A program made the position numbers and the translations under genes. Below, piece by piece: positions 20,642 through 31,319 of a stretch of DNA of 53,011 nucleotides. The notes under the pieces were generated by a model that was not told the origin of the DNA, did no database searches, and saw nothing but the letters and a program-made list of their open reading frames with translations. Within the stretch, counting starts at the first letter, position 1. Each line of letters begins with the position of its first letter. The stretch is from Runella sp. (GTDB taxonomy: Bacteria > Bacteroidota > Bacteroidia > Cytophagales > Spirosomataceae), in assembly GCA_027486105.1 (NCBI GenBank), contig JAIXPV010000270.1, positions 1 to 53,011 on the forward strand, in the 5' to 3' direction.

Positions 20642-21571
20642 TCAATTGAAAATCAGTTTTTTAGGTATTGGAGTTATGCTATTATAAAGTACCAAGCCTC
20701 TTGTTCCTTTTTCCTCTACTCTCGCTTCTGTATAAAGGCTTTTCACAAGCCGATGAATCTTTTTAAAGTTAGTTCTAAAGTCAGTCATTCGTGTATAATC
20801 TCCTCCAAATTGCTGTTTGATTGTCTGCCACGTCAGAAATTGTGGTTTTCCCTGCGGTACACGGTGCAAACGATGAGCAAGGAATGTATACCAGTCTATT
20901 GCTGTTGCGTTGTTGCTGAGAGCTACAAGGTGGCTTTTAGCTAATGGAACTGCATGTTCCATTAAATTATGAAAATAGGCATCCGATAATTCTATTTGGC
21001 TAGGCCATAAAACTAATTGATCTGGTTTCTTTTCAGGAAATAAAGTAAATCCACTTACAATAGGCATATTGATATTTGTCTGCCCTTCGTTTCCGTCATA
21101 GGTCATCCTTACTACACACGAGGCCAAACGGCTGATTTGATCGCGAACAGCATTGACCTGGCTTCCACTCTCCGAAAAACCCATATAATTATTAAAATCT
21201 GTCACGCTATTAGCCGGCATACCGATGATGCGATTTTGGGTCTTCAACGCTATAGTATTTAATGTAGCAAGGATGATACGAGCCTTTACACCGTAGGGCA
21301 ATCCAAGGTACTGCATTTCGTGCGTGACAGGATTTCTGATAGGCATAGGCATTACGTATAAGGAGAATTTGCCGCTTTCAGTCTGCCATATCTCGTTTGG
21401 CTTTAAATCAGGTTCTCTCCTAGGCAGATAACAATGCGACATAACAGACGATTGGAATAAAATCTCCCTATCATCGGGTTCCTCTTGATAAGCCTCATAA
21501 ATCAACTTATTCCGCCGTTTCGCCACGGGAGAAAGTTGTAGCTTTTTATCCTTGTCTAGGTTTTCCTTCAT
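20642..21571 (-). CDS. repA: Plasmid replication initiator RepA (RepA_C / IncW-like family)
   Basis: Motifs LPRREP, GLPYGVKARIILA, LWPSQIELSDAYF..L.EHAVPL, AIDWYTFLAHRLHRV, QFG. Coupled to the par genes and adjacent to iterons. Confidence 0.88.
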   Translation of the reverse strand: MKENLDKDKKLQLSPVAKRRNKLIYEAYQEEPDDREILFQSSVMSHCYLPRREPDLKPNEIWQTESGKFSLYVMPMPIRNPVTHEMQYLGLPYGVKARIILATLNTIALKTQNRIIGMPANSVTDFNNYMGFSESGSQVNAVRDQISRLASCVVRMTYDGNEGQTNINMPIVSGFTLFPEKKPDQLVLWPSQIELSDAYFHNLMEHAVPLAKSHLVALSNNATAIDWYTFLAHRLHRVPQGKPQFLTWQTIKQQFGGDYTRMTDFRTNFKKIHRLVKSLYTEARVEEKGTRGLVLYNSITPIPKKLIFN

Positions 21572-21870
21572 TGTACGCTATATTTACGGCGCTCCCTTTC
21601 AATTTTTTCCTGTATCGCCTCTATCACCCAATCATGAACCGATATTGTTATTTTTCGGCTTCGGTGCGGCCGCTTGTCTCTCAATTGCTTAATACTTTCC
21701 ATTTCTTCGCCCGTCATGATGAGCTTTATGCTCTTGGTACCACTTGTTGCTATGTTGGCCTTAGCTTTACCTGTAGGCGACCCACCACCGTTAATAAATT
21801 CCTTTAGCTTCTTTTCAGATACTTTTTTGACCGGTGGCTTTAGCGCTTCCGGCTCTCTTGTTATGGCCAT
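21568..21870 (-). CDS. Small ParG-like (ribbon-helix-helix) partition protein
   Basis: 100 aa, follows parA; EFINGG motif and C-terminal ISVHDWVIEAIQEKIERE. Stop overlaps the repA start (ATGA). Confidence 0.7.
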   Translation of the reverse strand: MAITREPEALKPPVKKVSEKKLKEFINGGGSPTGKAKANIATSGTKSIKLIMTGEEMESIKQLRDKRPHRSRKITISVHDWVIEAIQEKIERERRKYSVQ

Positions 21871-21942
21871 AATGACGTTTATTTTGACGTTAAAAAAGAC
21901 GTTTATTTTAAAGTTATTTTAGACGTTTATTCCAACGTTTAA
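21871..21942. repeat. Centromere-like repeat array (ACGTT core, about 11-12 bp period)
   Basis: aatgacgtttattttgacgttaaaaaagacgtttattttaaagttattttagacgtttattccaacgtttaa, between parA and the ParG-like gene and overlapping the parA 3' end. Confidence 0.7.
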
Positions 21943-22584
21943 TTTGTTCATTATTGTACTGAATACCAGATTAATTTCACTTATTGCTTTCTGATCATAA
22001 GGCTGCCATTCAATCACGCCCTGTCCTACGCTGGCTGCATTGGCAAAGCTTTTCCGTGATACAATGGCAGGACCAATATATTCAATCAAGGTACTTTCAG
22101 TAAGCAAATCTGCTGAATCTCGGTTATCAGAACCTTTAGGATCAGCACGGTTCAGGATTGAAAACGCATGTAGCTCATCAGATTTTAGCGATCTAACTTC
22201 CTTTACAAGATTTTCAATGTCTGCGATTGTCCAAAGATCGAAACTACGGGGATTGAATGGCGCAAGGAGAGCATCTGAGACAAACAACGCTGCTCGTTGA
22301 CTGCTGGTGTCACGCCCTCCAGTATCAATAACAATGTGGTCAAATTTTGGCTTAAACTTTATTACCTGTTGGCGCACCGCATCACCAAGTAGCGTAGTGG
22401 CTGTATAACCGCTATTACCATCTGTGTTCCGTTCACGCCATCGAGTGAATTTGGTTGATGTACTTTGCTCATCAGCATCAACAAGCAAAACATCATATCC
22501 TTGATTGACAAGCCATACCGTGAGGTTTGTAGCAATTGTTGTTTTTCCGCTTCCTCCTTTTATACCTCCAACTGTGAATACCAT
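21919..22584 (-). CDS. parA: ParA Walker-type partition ATPase (short, type Ib)
   Basis: Deviant Walker A KGGSGKTT, LLVDADEQ and IVIDTGG; no N-terminal HTH. Confidence 0.93.
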   Translation of the reverse strand: MVFTVGGIKGGSGKTTIATNLTVWLVNQGYDVLLVDADEQSTSTKFTRWRERNTDGNSGYTATTLLGDAVRQQVIKFKPKFDHIVIDTGGRDTSSQRAALFVSDALLAPFNPRSFDLWTIADIENLVKEVRSLKSDELHAFSILNRADPKGSDNRDSADLLTESTLIEYIGPAIVSRKSFANAASVGQGVIEWQPYDQKAISEINLVFSTIMNKLNVGINV

Positions 22585-22600
22585 TATGTTACAACATTTT

Positions 22601-22658
22601 AATGACGCTTATTTTGACGTCAAATTTAACGTAAAAATTAACGTTAAATCAAACGTTA
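22601..22658. repeat. Centromere/operator repeat array upstream of parA
   Basis: aatgacgcttattttgacgtcaaatttaacgtaaaaattaacgttaaatcaaacgtta. The first 20 bp match 21871-21890 at 19 of 20 positions. Confidence 0.7.
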
Positions 22659-22735
22659 TGCTATTTATTTTATAAACACAATCGTTCTGCCTTACCTAGG
22701 TAACCAAATTATCGCACTAACCAATAACTTATAGG

Positions 22736-23350
22736 CTAACTTTCATTAAATGATTTTAAACCATTGTTTCTTACAAAACTGGCAATAGTGAGTCTATGTA
22801 CATTCAAAATCCTGCTGATTGCACTAAATGATACCTTTTTATCCAACAATTCTTTTATCTTTTTCTCTTGGCCGGTAAGCTTAGTTTTGGAAGATTTACG
22901 ACCTTTGGGACGACCCAATATCACTCCTTCCGCTCTTTTTCTGGCCAGAGCTTCTTTGGTTCGTTGCGAAATAAGGTTTCGTTCTATCTCCGCTGAAAGG
23001 CCAAATGCAAAAGCTAAGACTTTAGAGTTGATGTCGTTACCAAGCCGATAGTTGTCTTTGATTGTCCAAACTTTCACTTCTTTAATCATACACTGATTTA
23101 GGATGCCCATTATCATCAGCAGGTTTCTTCCCAGTCTTGAAAGCTCACTACAAATCAAAACATCGTCTTTTTTCATTTTATTAAGTAATTTCCCTAACGC
23201 TCTATTTTCAGCAGTTTTAGTGCCAGTAATAGTTTCTTCAAGCCAACGGTCAATGACCATTTGATTTTTCTCACAAAAGCCATTTATTTCAAATCGCTGG
23301 TTTTCAACCGTTTGCTTATCGGAGCTTACTCTGATGTAACCGTAAATCAT
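22736..23350 (-). CDS. Serine recombinase, Mpi-like DNA invertase/resolvase
   Basis: Motifs MIYGYIRVSSDKQ, SELSRLGR, AEIERNLISQRTKEAL, LGRPKG, and a C-terminal HTH. Confidence 0.92.
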   Translation of the reverse strand: MIYGYIRVSSDKQTVENQRFEINGFCEKNQMVIDRWLEETITGTKTAENRALGKLLNKMKKDDVLICSELSRLGRNLLMIMGILNQCMIKEVKVWTIKDNYRLGNDINSKVLAFAFGLSAEIERNLISQRTKEALARKRAEGVILGRPKGRKSSKTKLTGQEKKIKELLDKKVSFSAISRILNVHRLTIASFVRNNGLKSFNES

Positions 23351-23411
23351 TAATACAAATTGTTTAAGTTAAAGATAGTTTTAACCTATACAATAACCTT
23401 GCTATTAAAAT

Positions 23412-23508
23412 CGCCCCATTCTTCGCGGCAGGGACATCAAACGATATGGCTACGAATTTGCGGACTTGTGGATTATCAATGCGCACAACGGTGTGAAAGA
23501 AAAGGGCG
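23412..23508 (+). other. Inverted 97-bp fragment of the type IIG R-M gene
   Basis: The plus strand encodes RPILRGRDIKRYGYEFADLWIINAHNGVKEKG, the expected continuation of the minus-strand gene after KSAEVI. Bounded by CGCCC/GGGCG. Confidence 0.85.
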
Positions 23509-26313
23509 TATAACTTCGGCAGATTTTGGGTCGGCAGCAATGAGCTCGTCTTTCTTGTTGCCATCTATTATAAAAGCTTCATTATAGCCTGTAAGAATAC
23601 CTCTATAAATGTTTATATTCCAATCTTTAAGCGGAGTTCCGATTCTTTCTATTTTTTCCCTGATTCTTTGCTCTATCGGGCTAAGAATGACCCAACTATC
23701 AGACGTTTGAAACTGGCAGGCGGCTTGGTGCTGACTAACATAAGCGTGAAGTGAATCAGGGCATTTGTCTTTTACTAAACATGCTTTCGTTTGCCCTTGG
23801 TTGGCAATTTTTTGAGCCAGGAGGATATTAGTGTCTACGGTAGCATTATCAAAGATTTTTTGACCTGCAAAATCAATTAGGATAACTGGATTTGTCTTTT
23901 CGGCAAAGAATTTACGCAATGATTCGCCATAGCCTGCCCTCATCCATTTGTTGGAAGTAATGTAGCACAAAATACCTTGATCTTTAAGGCATTTGAAGCC
24001 CTGCTCATAAAAGAGCGAGTAAATGTCCCCAGTCCGTTCAAACGTTTGAAACGTTTCTCCTTCAAATAATTTAGCTAAATAACCACCCTCGTTTTGTAGT
24101 TGGATATAAGGCGGATTTCCAATGACTATATCAAATCCTCCATGTTGAAAAACATCTTTAAAAAACAAGTGCCACAAGAAATAGGGACGCTCGTTAGTTT
24201 CTTGGATACGGTCGAGAGACAGCAGAGCATTTTGGAGGCGAAACTGTTCCTTTTGTAGGTTTTCAAGAGCTCTTTGTTTGGTTGTCAGTGCTTTTTGTTT
24301 CTTTTCTCGGTTGGCTTTGTTATCAGTATCATAAATCGTGATGAGTCTTAACTCGTTTTCCAAGATGGCTATTTTAGTTTGAACCTCTGCCAGTTTTAAA
24401 TCTACATTGTAGTGCAGGTGCTCGTGTACAATGTCATTTATTTGTTTTTTAATAGTAGGTTTTTGCAGGCTATCAATATCAAAAAATGTATCAATCAGTT
24501 TATCAAGGTCTTGACGTTTAGTGTCTAAAAAATCCATACGTGTTTGTTGGACCACCACATTGCCAAATATATCCAGCTGTTGCCCGCTTTCAACAAGTGC
24601 AACCGCCGTTTTGATTTGTTGCAAGTTGTTAAGAGGTATTCCTTCAAAGCTTTCCAAGAGGCTATTGCCCTGCATAATTTTGTAGTCGAGGTTGGGCAGT
24701 GGGCAGGGCGTTTCTTCATCCACCACGAGTGCCAGCCAAAATCGCAAGCGGGCAATGTCTACTGCGCCTTTATCAATGTCTACTCCGTAGATGCTATTTT
24801 GGATGATATGGCGTTTGGCTTCAGCAGGATCAAGGGTTAAATCTAAGGTCATCTTTGCCCTGAAAACCTCGTTCAACATACCCATCGGAAACGCTCCCGA
24901 GCCAATGGCCGGGTCGCAAATCTTCACGTTGTCAAGCAACTGCTCAATTTTTCGAGCATTTTTCACCACAAATCCTTTGGGCGTACCACGATCGTTGTGG
25001 TGTATGAAAGACCTTACCGCTTCAGCAGACTGCACCTCTTCAAACGAAGAGGGAAGGTTTGTTTCAAGGTATTGAATCAAACTTTCCCGACACATGTACT
25101 GAACAATGGCCTTAGGCGTGTAAAAAGCCCCTTTGTCTTTGTTTTCTTCGAGCAAATTCTCGAAGATATGCCCCAGCATTTCGGGGTCAATGCCTACGTT
25201 TGCATCGTCGGGATCGTTTTCGTCAATGGTGAAATTGTACCGGTCAAAGAAATCAAACAGGTCCCGGAAGTATATTTCCGGAAAATCAAAATGATTGGTC
25301 TGAGGCTGATCGTTGTCGAAAAGGCCGCCGTTGAGATAAGGGATTTTAACACCACCCTTGGCCCTTCCCCACGTTAGGGAAGGGAGATAGAATAGGTCAT
25401 TTTCGCGTTTGGTATTGAGAGTTTCAAAGAAAAGTTTGGTTAGTACTTCGCTGTAAAAATGCCCTTTATCAGGATAGTCAGTAAAGAGATTTTTAATAAA
25501 ATCGGGGTCTCCATTGCTCCATTTAACCACTTGCTCCTCTCCTCGAAGGAGAGGAATGTATGGACAACCCATCCAGCCTTTTTTTTGCAAAAAATATAAA
25601 AATACGATGCGCCCAAGCAATTTTTTAGCAAAATCCCGGATGGGTTTTTCCTGTTTAGGTTGGGTAACCTGTTCGCTATCTACCAGCAAGCTGCGATACT
25701 GCGGTATGTTATTTACGTATTGCCAAAAACGTTCATACTGCTCTCGATAGCCTTTAAAAAATTCTTTATTGAGTTTGTCGACGGAGAAGGCAGTGGTAAC
25801 CGCCTCAATTGTACTTTCATTTTTATGTCCTGCTAATTCCAACAGTCGTCGGGCGGGAGTAGTACAGGATTCATTAGGCCCCAGCAGAAAACTATACCGT
25901 TTAGGTGCGGTTTGGGTTATGATAAGTTCTCCATCGGTATTGAAAGTACTGCTTTTGGCAATAAATGAAAAGCGATAGTCTTTTTGATCCTTGGCATGAA
26001 ACAGCACCAAAAGTCCTTGAAACTGTCCGAAATCAATGAGTTTCGCTGCTAAATTACGTAACTCTACTCGATTGCGCGCAATTACTTTATTGTCGGTGAG
26101 TTGAACATCGACAAGTGCGAGCCGTTTATCATCGGCAAGGGTAACTACGCCAAACTGAAAAGCTTTTTGAACAAAGTCTATACCTTTAAACAAAGGTGAG
26201 TAGGCAGAAGGTAAAAGGAGTTCGGCGCGAGTAAAAACGAATTTTATGATCTCCTGCCAAGTTTCGAGGCGATACGGCTCGTGTAGCTTATCTTTTAGTT
26301 CTTTTTCGGTCAT
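23476..26313 (-). pseudogene. Type IIG (Eco57I-like) restriction-modification enzyme, C-terminally disrupted
   Basis: Motifs PYLNGGLF, GAFYTP, ICDPAIGSGAF, GFDIVIGNPPY (N6-adenine MTase), YRGILTGYNEAF. The frame breaks at the inversion, and the distal TaqI-C-like target-recognition region is absent. Confidence 0.82.
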
Positions 26314-26409
26314 TCCAAGGTTTTCTTTTCGTTTTACTATTTTATAAAAAAAGAAATTTTTTCAATTAAAACCCTAATAATCAATATATTATAATATTTT
26401 CTTTTTTAT

Positions 26410-28068
26410 TCACTTTTCATTTCTTTTTTTTTTTGCCAATTCATATTTGCGGTATGTTTTCCCCCCTGAATATTCTAACTCTTCCTCCTCTACTAATTTA
26501 TACACCGCTTTTTGAATATCCTTGCGGTCAATTTCCTCAAATCGTCTGTGGATATCTTCAACACTACTTTGAGGTCTCAGGCGCAGTTCTTCAATAATCA
26601 GGGCTTTGAGACGATGTGGCTCTATGACTTTCAAACTAGCTTTTACATTGAGCTTGGCGTTAGCGATCAGTTGAGAGTTGATGAGGTATTCGGTCCCTTT
26701 TTTGAGTCCCCGACTAACAATCAATCTCTGTTCAGTTAATCGACTTATATATCCTCTGAGGCGTTCTTCTTCAGGTAACTGTAACTCTTTGTAGAGTTGA
26801 GTAGCCGAGATTTTCTGCCATCGTGATATGATACCCAAGGCAATAAACTCGCGTTGTGACAGTTGGTAATGGTTCGACACATATTCAAGCAAAGCGATGC
26901 TTGCTTCGTCAAGGATTTTAGACTCCTGCACCACTTTAACGCTGTCGTAGTCGGCCTCAACGATTGGAAAAGGTTTGGCATTACGGCTACTGATTTCATA
27001 CAACAAATCAAAACCTGACCCTTCTCCTTCCATGAGATTGAGATCATGAAATATTTTGATGAGATGCGGGTTTCGCCGGGCTGTTTTGTGCAAAATATTG
27101 TCTTTAGAAATTCCCATCAATAGTCCACCTGGGTTTTTGATCTCTAATCTGTCTACATGGACATTGATAAAAATATCTCCAGATATGGTATAACTTTTAT
27201 GGGCAAAGGCATTGATAAGCAACTCTCTAATGACCCGTTCGTCATAAAACCGAATGGGTTTACGCTGAAAAAGTCCGTCTTTGAATTCGTGATAATAAGT
27301 CAGTTCGATAGCTTCTTTTTCGATTTCCAGCAATAGTTCTTTGGGATTGAGGGAATAGTCGTGCCAATCCAACTTACGTACTTTTTCTTCTAAGTCATTG
27401 TAAACCAGATACTGTATTGTAAGCGGATATGCCAAGCGACTGCGTTGGGAGGCATTACCAAGCCACAAAACGCCTAAATTTGTTAATTGTCCGTTGTTGA
27501 TAAGGTTGTAATGCTCAGCAATTTCAGCATCACTTTTTTGCTTTACAGTATCTTTTACGCGTGGCGACTGCCTAATATCGTATGCAAATTTTGTTAGATG
27601 GTAGACTGGAATATCTTTGAGCCAAACATTGCGCAGTTGTAATTCCCACTGAAAAGCATCTTTTTCGGCGGCTATCCTTACCAGATCTTCGCTACGTGCT
27701 GCGTGGCATTGGTCACCTACCCGAAGGTAAATTTTGCCATCGTTGGTAGTAGCAATAGTTTTGGACGAAGGAAAAACAGTAAGTTCAAAATATTGCCCTC
27801 CATTAGGATGTATTAATACGTCACTCGCTGTTACACCCACATTGAAAGACAGAGAACGAATTCGGTTAAGGGTTTTGTTGATGTCTTCAACGTTGATTGT
27901 TTGTTCACTTGGCGGCATTTTATTGACATCTTCTATACCAATAATAAGTTTACCGCCTTGAGCGTTGGCAAAACAAACTGCCGCTTGCGTCAAGTCTTTA
28001 AAACCACTCTCGCCTTTATGAATGATGCGAATACTCTTATAATCAATATATTGGGATTCTGGTGTCAT
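26410..28068 (-). CDS. AlbA_2 (Schlafen-like) plus HATPase_c_4 / wHTH ATP-binding protein
   Basis: Motifs IDYKS, FANAQGGKLIIGIED, RELLINAFAHKSY, LEIKNPGG, RNPHL, EGEGSG. Confidence 0.88.
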   Translation of the reverse strand: MTPESQYIDYKSIRIIHKGESGFKDLTQAAVCFANAQGGKLIIGIEDVNKMPPSEQTINVEDINKTLNRIRSLSFNVGVTASDVLIHPNGGQYFELTVFPSSKTIATTNDGKIYLRVGDQCHAARSEDLVRIAAEKDAFQWELQLRNVWLKDIPVYHLTKFAYDIRQSPRVKDTVKQKSDAEIAEHYNLINNGQLTNLGVLWLGNASQRSRLAYPLTIQYLVYNDLEEKVRKLDWHDYSLNPKELLLEIEKEAIELTYYHEFKDGLFQRKPIRFYDERVIRELLINAFAHKSYTISGDIFINVHVDRLEIKNPGGLLMGISKDNILHKTARRNPHLIKIFHDLNLMEGEGSGFDLLYEISSRNAKPFPIVEADYDSVKVVQESKILDEASIALLEYVSNHYQLSQREFIALGIISRWQKISATQLYKELQLPEEERLRGYISRLTEQRLIVSRGLKKGTEYLINSQLIANAKLNVKASLKVIEPHRLKALIIEELRLRPQSSVEDIHRRFEEIDRKDIQKAVYKLVEEEELEYSGGKTYRKYELAKKKRNEK

Positions 28069-31000
28069 GCATTGAAACTTTCTGAAATGATAATTTTGGG
28101 TATAAGATCCTTAGGAGTGGTTTTCTTTTTTGAAGTCGGATTTTGTCGAATTTTCAAATTATAACTATTCAATATTTTGAGCAATTCATCCAACAATGCT
28201 GACAGTTTTAATTTTGATGTTTTCTGGTTTTTCTGCAATTTATTGATGTCACGTTGGAGATTTTGGTACCAACCTTTTTTCAAAGCTTCTTTGGCTAAGA
28301 GTATAAGCGTTTTATCATCTTGGCTCAAGTGTGGTACATTCAAAAAACCGTTCAAATATTCTTGGGCTTTTTTCTCGTTGGGGCCTGGAGTTGTGTCTAT
28401 TTTGTGTTCACTTCCCGCTTCTCGCTCAATATCGGCCTTAAATTGTCCGATAGCAGCCTGCACCTGATCATGGTGAATTGGGTGTAATGCTATGGCCTTT
28501 TCAGACTCAGAAGCCTGAAATTTCTTGACAGCTTCTAAAAAAGATAGGGGAAGCACATCGCCATTGGATTGTACATAGAAAAAAGCATCGCGCTTGTGGT
28601 TTCTTACAAAGCTGATAGTTTCATTACGTTGAGTTTTATCTTTACGCCCTACCCGTGCCCGTAGCGGCATTTGCTGAATCTTGCGGAAATAATCTGGGTC
28701 TTTTTCTTTTAATTCCCTGATTTTCATCAAGTATTCCAACTTTTCATCTTTTTCTTCATCGGGGTCTTTGTCAAAAAGTCCGAAGGTCTCGGGGGTTTCG
28801 TCAGGGCTATAAATTTGACTATCTTCACCTAATGCCGCGTGGAAGGCTTGCAGTTTCATCAGTGCTTTTTTCTGTAAGTCAATATCGTTGTCAACCTGCG
28901 CTGTTGGAAAAAAGTTAAATACATGCACTTCTTTGGCTACTGATCCAATGCGGTTTACTCGCCCGATACGCTGCATTAATCTGGTAGAGTTCCAGGGTGT
29001 ATCATAATTGACAATCACGTTGGCACGGTGCAGGTTTACACCTTCCGCAAGTACTTCTGTTGAAATGACCATATCATAATCATTGCGCTTTATTCCCGAA
29101 TAATTGGCATCGAAATTTTCACGGATAATTGGCATACGATCCTTGCGGGTATGGCTGTCGACTGTCAATATTCTTTGCTCAATAAAAATCGGTAGTTTAT
29201 TGGCTAAATAATCAGTTGTTTCTTTGCTTTCAGAGAAAACGACTAGTTTCTTTTCGTGATTGATTTCGGAAAACAGGCGAGAGTTGAGGTATTCAACGAA
29301 GGTATCAAGCTTAGGATCTTTGTCGCCAATTTGTTCCCAAAGAGTTACCAATTTAGTTAATATTTCTTGGTCTTGTTTGAGGCCACTTTTAAAACCCTCT
29401 TCAAAATCATCGGGGGCACAAATTTCGATGGTAGGGTCGTCGAGTTGCCGTTCCAATACCAAATCTAAGAGTTCATCTTCTTTACTGTCGTTGATGTACT
29501 CACTCACGGGAAGGTTGGGGGCAATAAAAATACGGCCTTGTTCAAACATGATAATCATGGCTTGATTGGCCTGTAAAAATCGCCTCAATGAAGCCTTAAA
29601 AGCATGAAAACTGCTATCAATGCGTTTTACGAGCATGGTCTTCATGATTTTGGCCAACTGTGTGGCAATCATATCAGCTTTTTTGTACTTCTGTTTTTTG
29701 TAAGGTTTAAGAAAACCTATGGCCCGATAGCGGTTGTATGTAAGGCCTAAAGTAGGGTGTGTCAAAAACCAAATGGTTTCGTCATAAAGGCTTTCGAGCT
29801 GCGGGTCCAATTGGTAAAAAATTTTCTGTGGCCCTTTTACGTCGGGGAAACGGATACCCTGATCGTCAAGATCTTTTGAGTATTGGTCATGAATCTGCAA
29901 ATCGGTACGGGTTCGCCGAACGGTCAGAGGTTCGATGACTTTATTACGGATTTCGGTATAAATTCGTTTGACAATGGCCAATGTATCAACCAAATCAATT
30001 TCATTTTTGGCTTTGCGATAAGCGTCAATTTGCTGGCGAAAGAAGTGCTGTAAGTTGCCTACTTCGAGGGTAGAATCTTTGCTGTCTTGAAACAAATATA
30101 CCAAACTCGCCACGTCTTCGGGACGATTATTAAGCGGTGTAGCAGATACAAGCATTACTTTTTTTTGGGTGCTTGAACCGTCGGGCAATACTCTACGGGC
30201 AGGCGATTTGCAGATTTTTTGCAGGTCGTTGTAGGCCGTAGAAGCATCTGACCGAAACTTATGGGCCTCGTCTACAATCACCAAATCGTATTTTTCTGGA
30301 TTACGGACTTTGTGTAAGCTGCCGTTGGTTACGATTTCATAACTTTCAAATCCAAATTTTTCAAGGGTGTCGTCCCAGTTACTCTTGAGAGCGGGCGGCA
30401 CTACAATCAGGGTACGAGATCGATGTTCTGGAAAGCCATTTTTGAAGAAAAACTTTTTGGCAATAAGCGTTGCAACGATGGTTTTGCCTAAGCCAACGAC
30501 ATCGGACAAGAAAAAACCGCCGTGGCGTTCCATTTTGGCGTATCCGTCGTTGACAGCGTCAATCTGGTACGAGAGTCGTTTGAAGCCCTTAGGCAGGTCA
30601 CTCACAGAATTAGGGTCGAATTCAATGCTTTTGCCAAAATACTCAATTAAAAATTTCAAATAGACCTCATAAGGGGTGAAGGTATCATTAAGGTAAGTTT
30701 GATGTCTGAGTTTATCGACGAAATCCTCACTGACAGACACACCCTCAACCCAAAGTTTTTCAAAGGTGTGGGTGGCAAACTCAATGTCGGTATCGTCGCG
30801 GAGCTCGACGTTGAATTCAAAATTACGGTGAAGACCCGCGTCGGTTAGGTTACTCGACCCCGTAATAACTGACCCGTAGCCATGCGCATGTTTGGTTTGC
30901 TCTCTGAATATGTAAATTTTAGCATGAATATTCTGTTTCGGATGTACTCGTATCTGTAGTTTTTGTGTTGCCAAATCGCTGATGAATTGCAACATACCAT

Positions 31001-31319
31001 CTTCAACAGTTTTTGAGTAAGCGGCTTGCTGAATATTTTCTTTTAATGATGAAAAAAATTGTTCCTGAGATAGATGTCCATCAACTTCGAAAATAACCCC
31101 GTTTTTTTGAGCATCAGCTACCAACTGGTCAATATTGATACCAACTAATATTCTGATTTCTTTGGCATTATCTATAAAAGGTCGGATTTGAAAATAACCA
31201 GATGCTCTAAAATAGCCCACAAGTGCATCAAAAAAATAGATATTTTTATGCAAAAAAACTCCTTCTATTTTTTGTAATAGTGTATTATCTGTTTCGTTAG
31301 TGAAGAACTTGGTGGACAT
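28065..31319 (-). CDS. PLD-nuclease-domain SNF2-type helicase
   Basis: VGYFRASG, HAKIY...GSSNLT (HKD-like), DVVGLGKT, DEAH, SATP, STEVLAEGVNL, QRIGRVNR. Stop overlaps the next ATG. Confidence 0.92.
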   Translation of the reverse strand: MSTKFFTNETDNTLLQKIEGVFLHKNIYFFDALVGYFRASGYFQIRPFIDNAKEIRILVGINIDQLVADAQKNGVIFEVDGHLSQEQFFSSLKENIQQAAYSKTVEDGMLQFISDLATQKLQIRVHPKQNIHAKIYIFREQTKHAHGYGSVITGSSNLTDAGLHRNFEFNVELRDDTDIEFATHTFEKLWVEGVSVSEDFVDKLRHQTYLNDTFTPYEVYLKFLIEYFGKSIEFDPNSVSDLPKGFKRLSYQIDAVNDGYAKMERHGGFFLSDVVGLGKTIVATLIAKKFFFKNGFPEHRSRTLIVVPPALKSNWDDTLEKFGFESYEIVTNGSLHKVRNPEKYDLVIVDEAHKFRSDASTAYNDLQKICKSPARRVLPDGSSTQKKVMLVSATPLNNRPEDVASLVYLFQDSKDSTLEVGNLQHFFRQQIDAYRKAKNEIDLVDTLAIVKRIYTEIRNKVIEPLTVRRTRTDLQIHDQYSKDLDDQGIRFPDVKGPQKIFYQLDPQLESLYDETIWFLTHPTLGLTYNRYRAIGFLKPYKKQKYKKADMIATQLAKIMKTMLVKRIDSSFHAFKASLRRFLQANQAMIIMFEQGRIFIAPNLPVSEYINDSKEDELLDLVLERQLDDPTIEICAPDDFEEGFKSGLKQDQEILTKLVTLWEQIGDKDPKLDTFVEYLNSRLFSEINHEKKLVVFSESKETTDYLANKLPIFIEQRILTVDSHTRKDRMPIIRENFDANYSGIKRNDYDMVISTEVLAEGVNLHRANVIVNYDTPWNSTRLMQRIGRVNRIGSVAKEVHVFNFFPTAQVDNDIDLQKKALMKLQAFHAALGEDSQIYSPDETPETFGLFDKDPDEEKDEKLEYLMKIRELKEKDPDYFRKIQQMPLRARVGRKDKTQRNETISFVRNHKRDAFFYVQSNGDVLPLSFLEAVKKFQASESEKAIALHPIHHDQVQAAIGQFKADIEREAGSEHKIDTTPGPNEKKAQEYLNGFLNVPHLSQDDKTLILLAKEALKKGWYQNLQRDINKLQKNQKTSKLKLSALLDELLKILNSYNLKIRQNPTSKKKTTPKDLIPKIIISESFNA

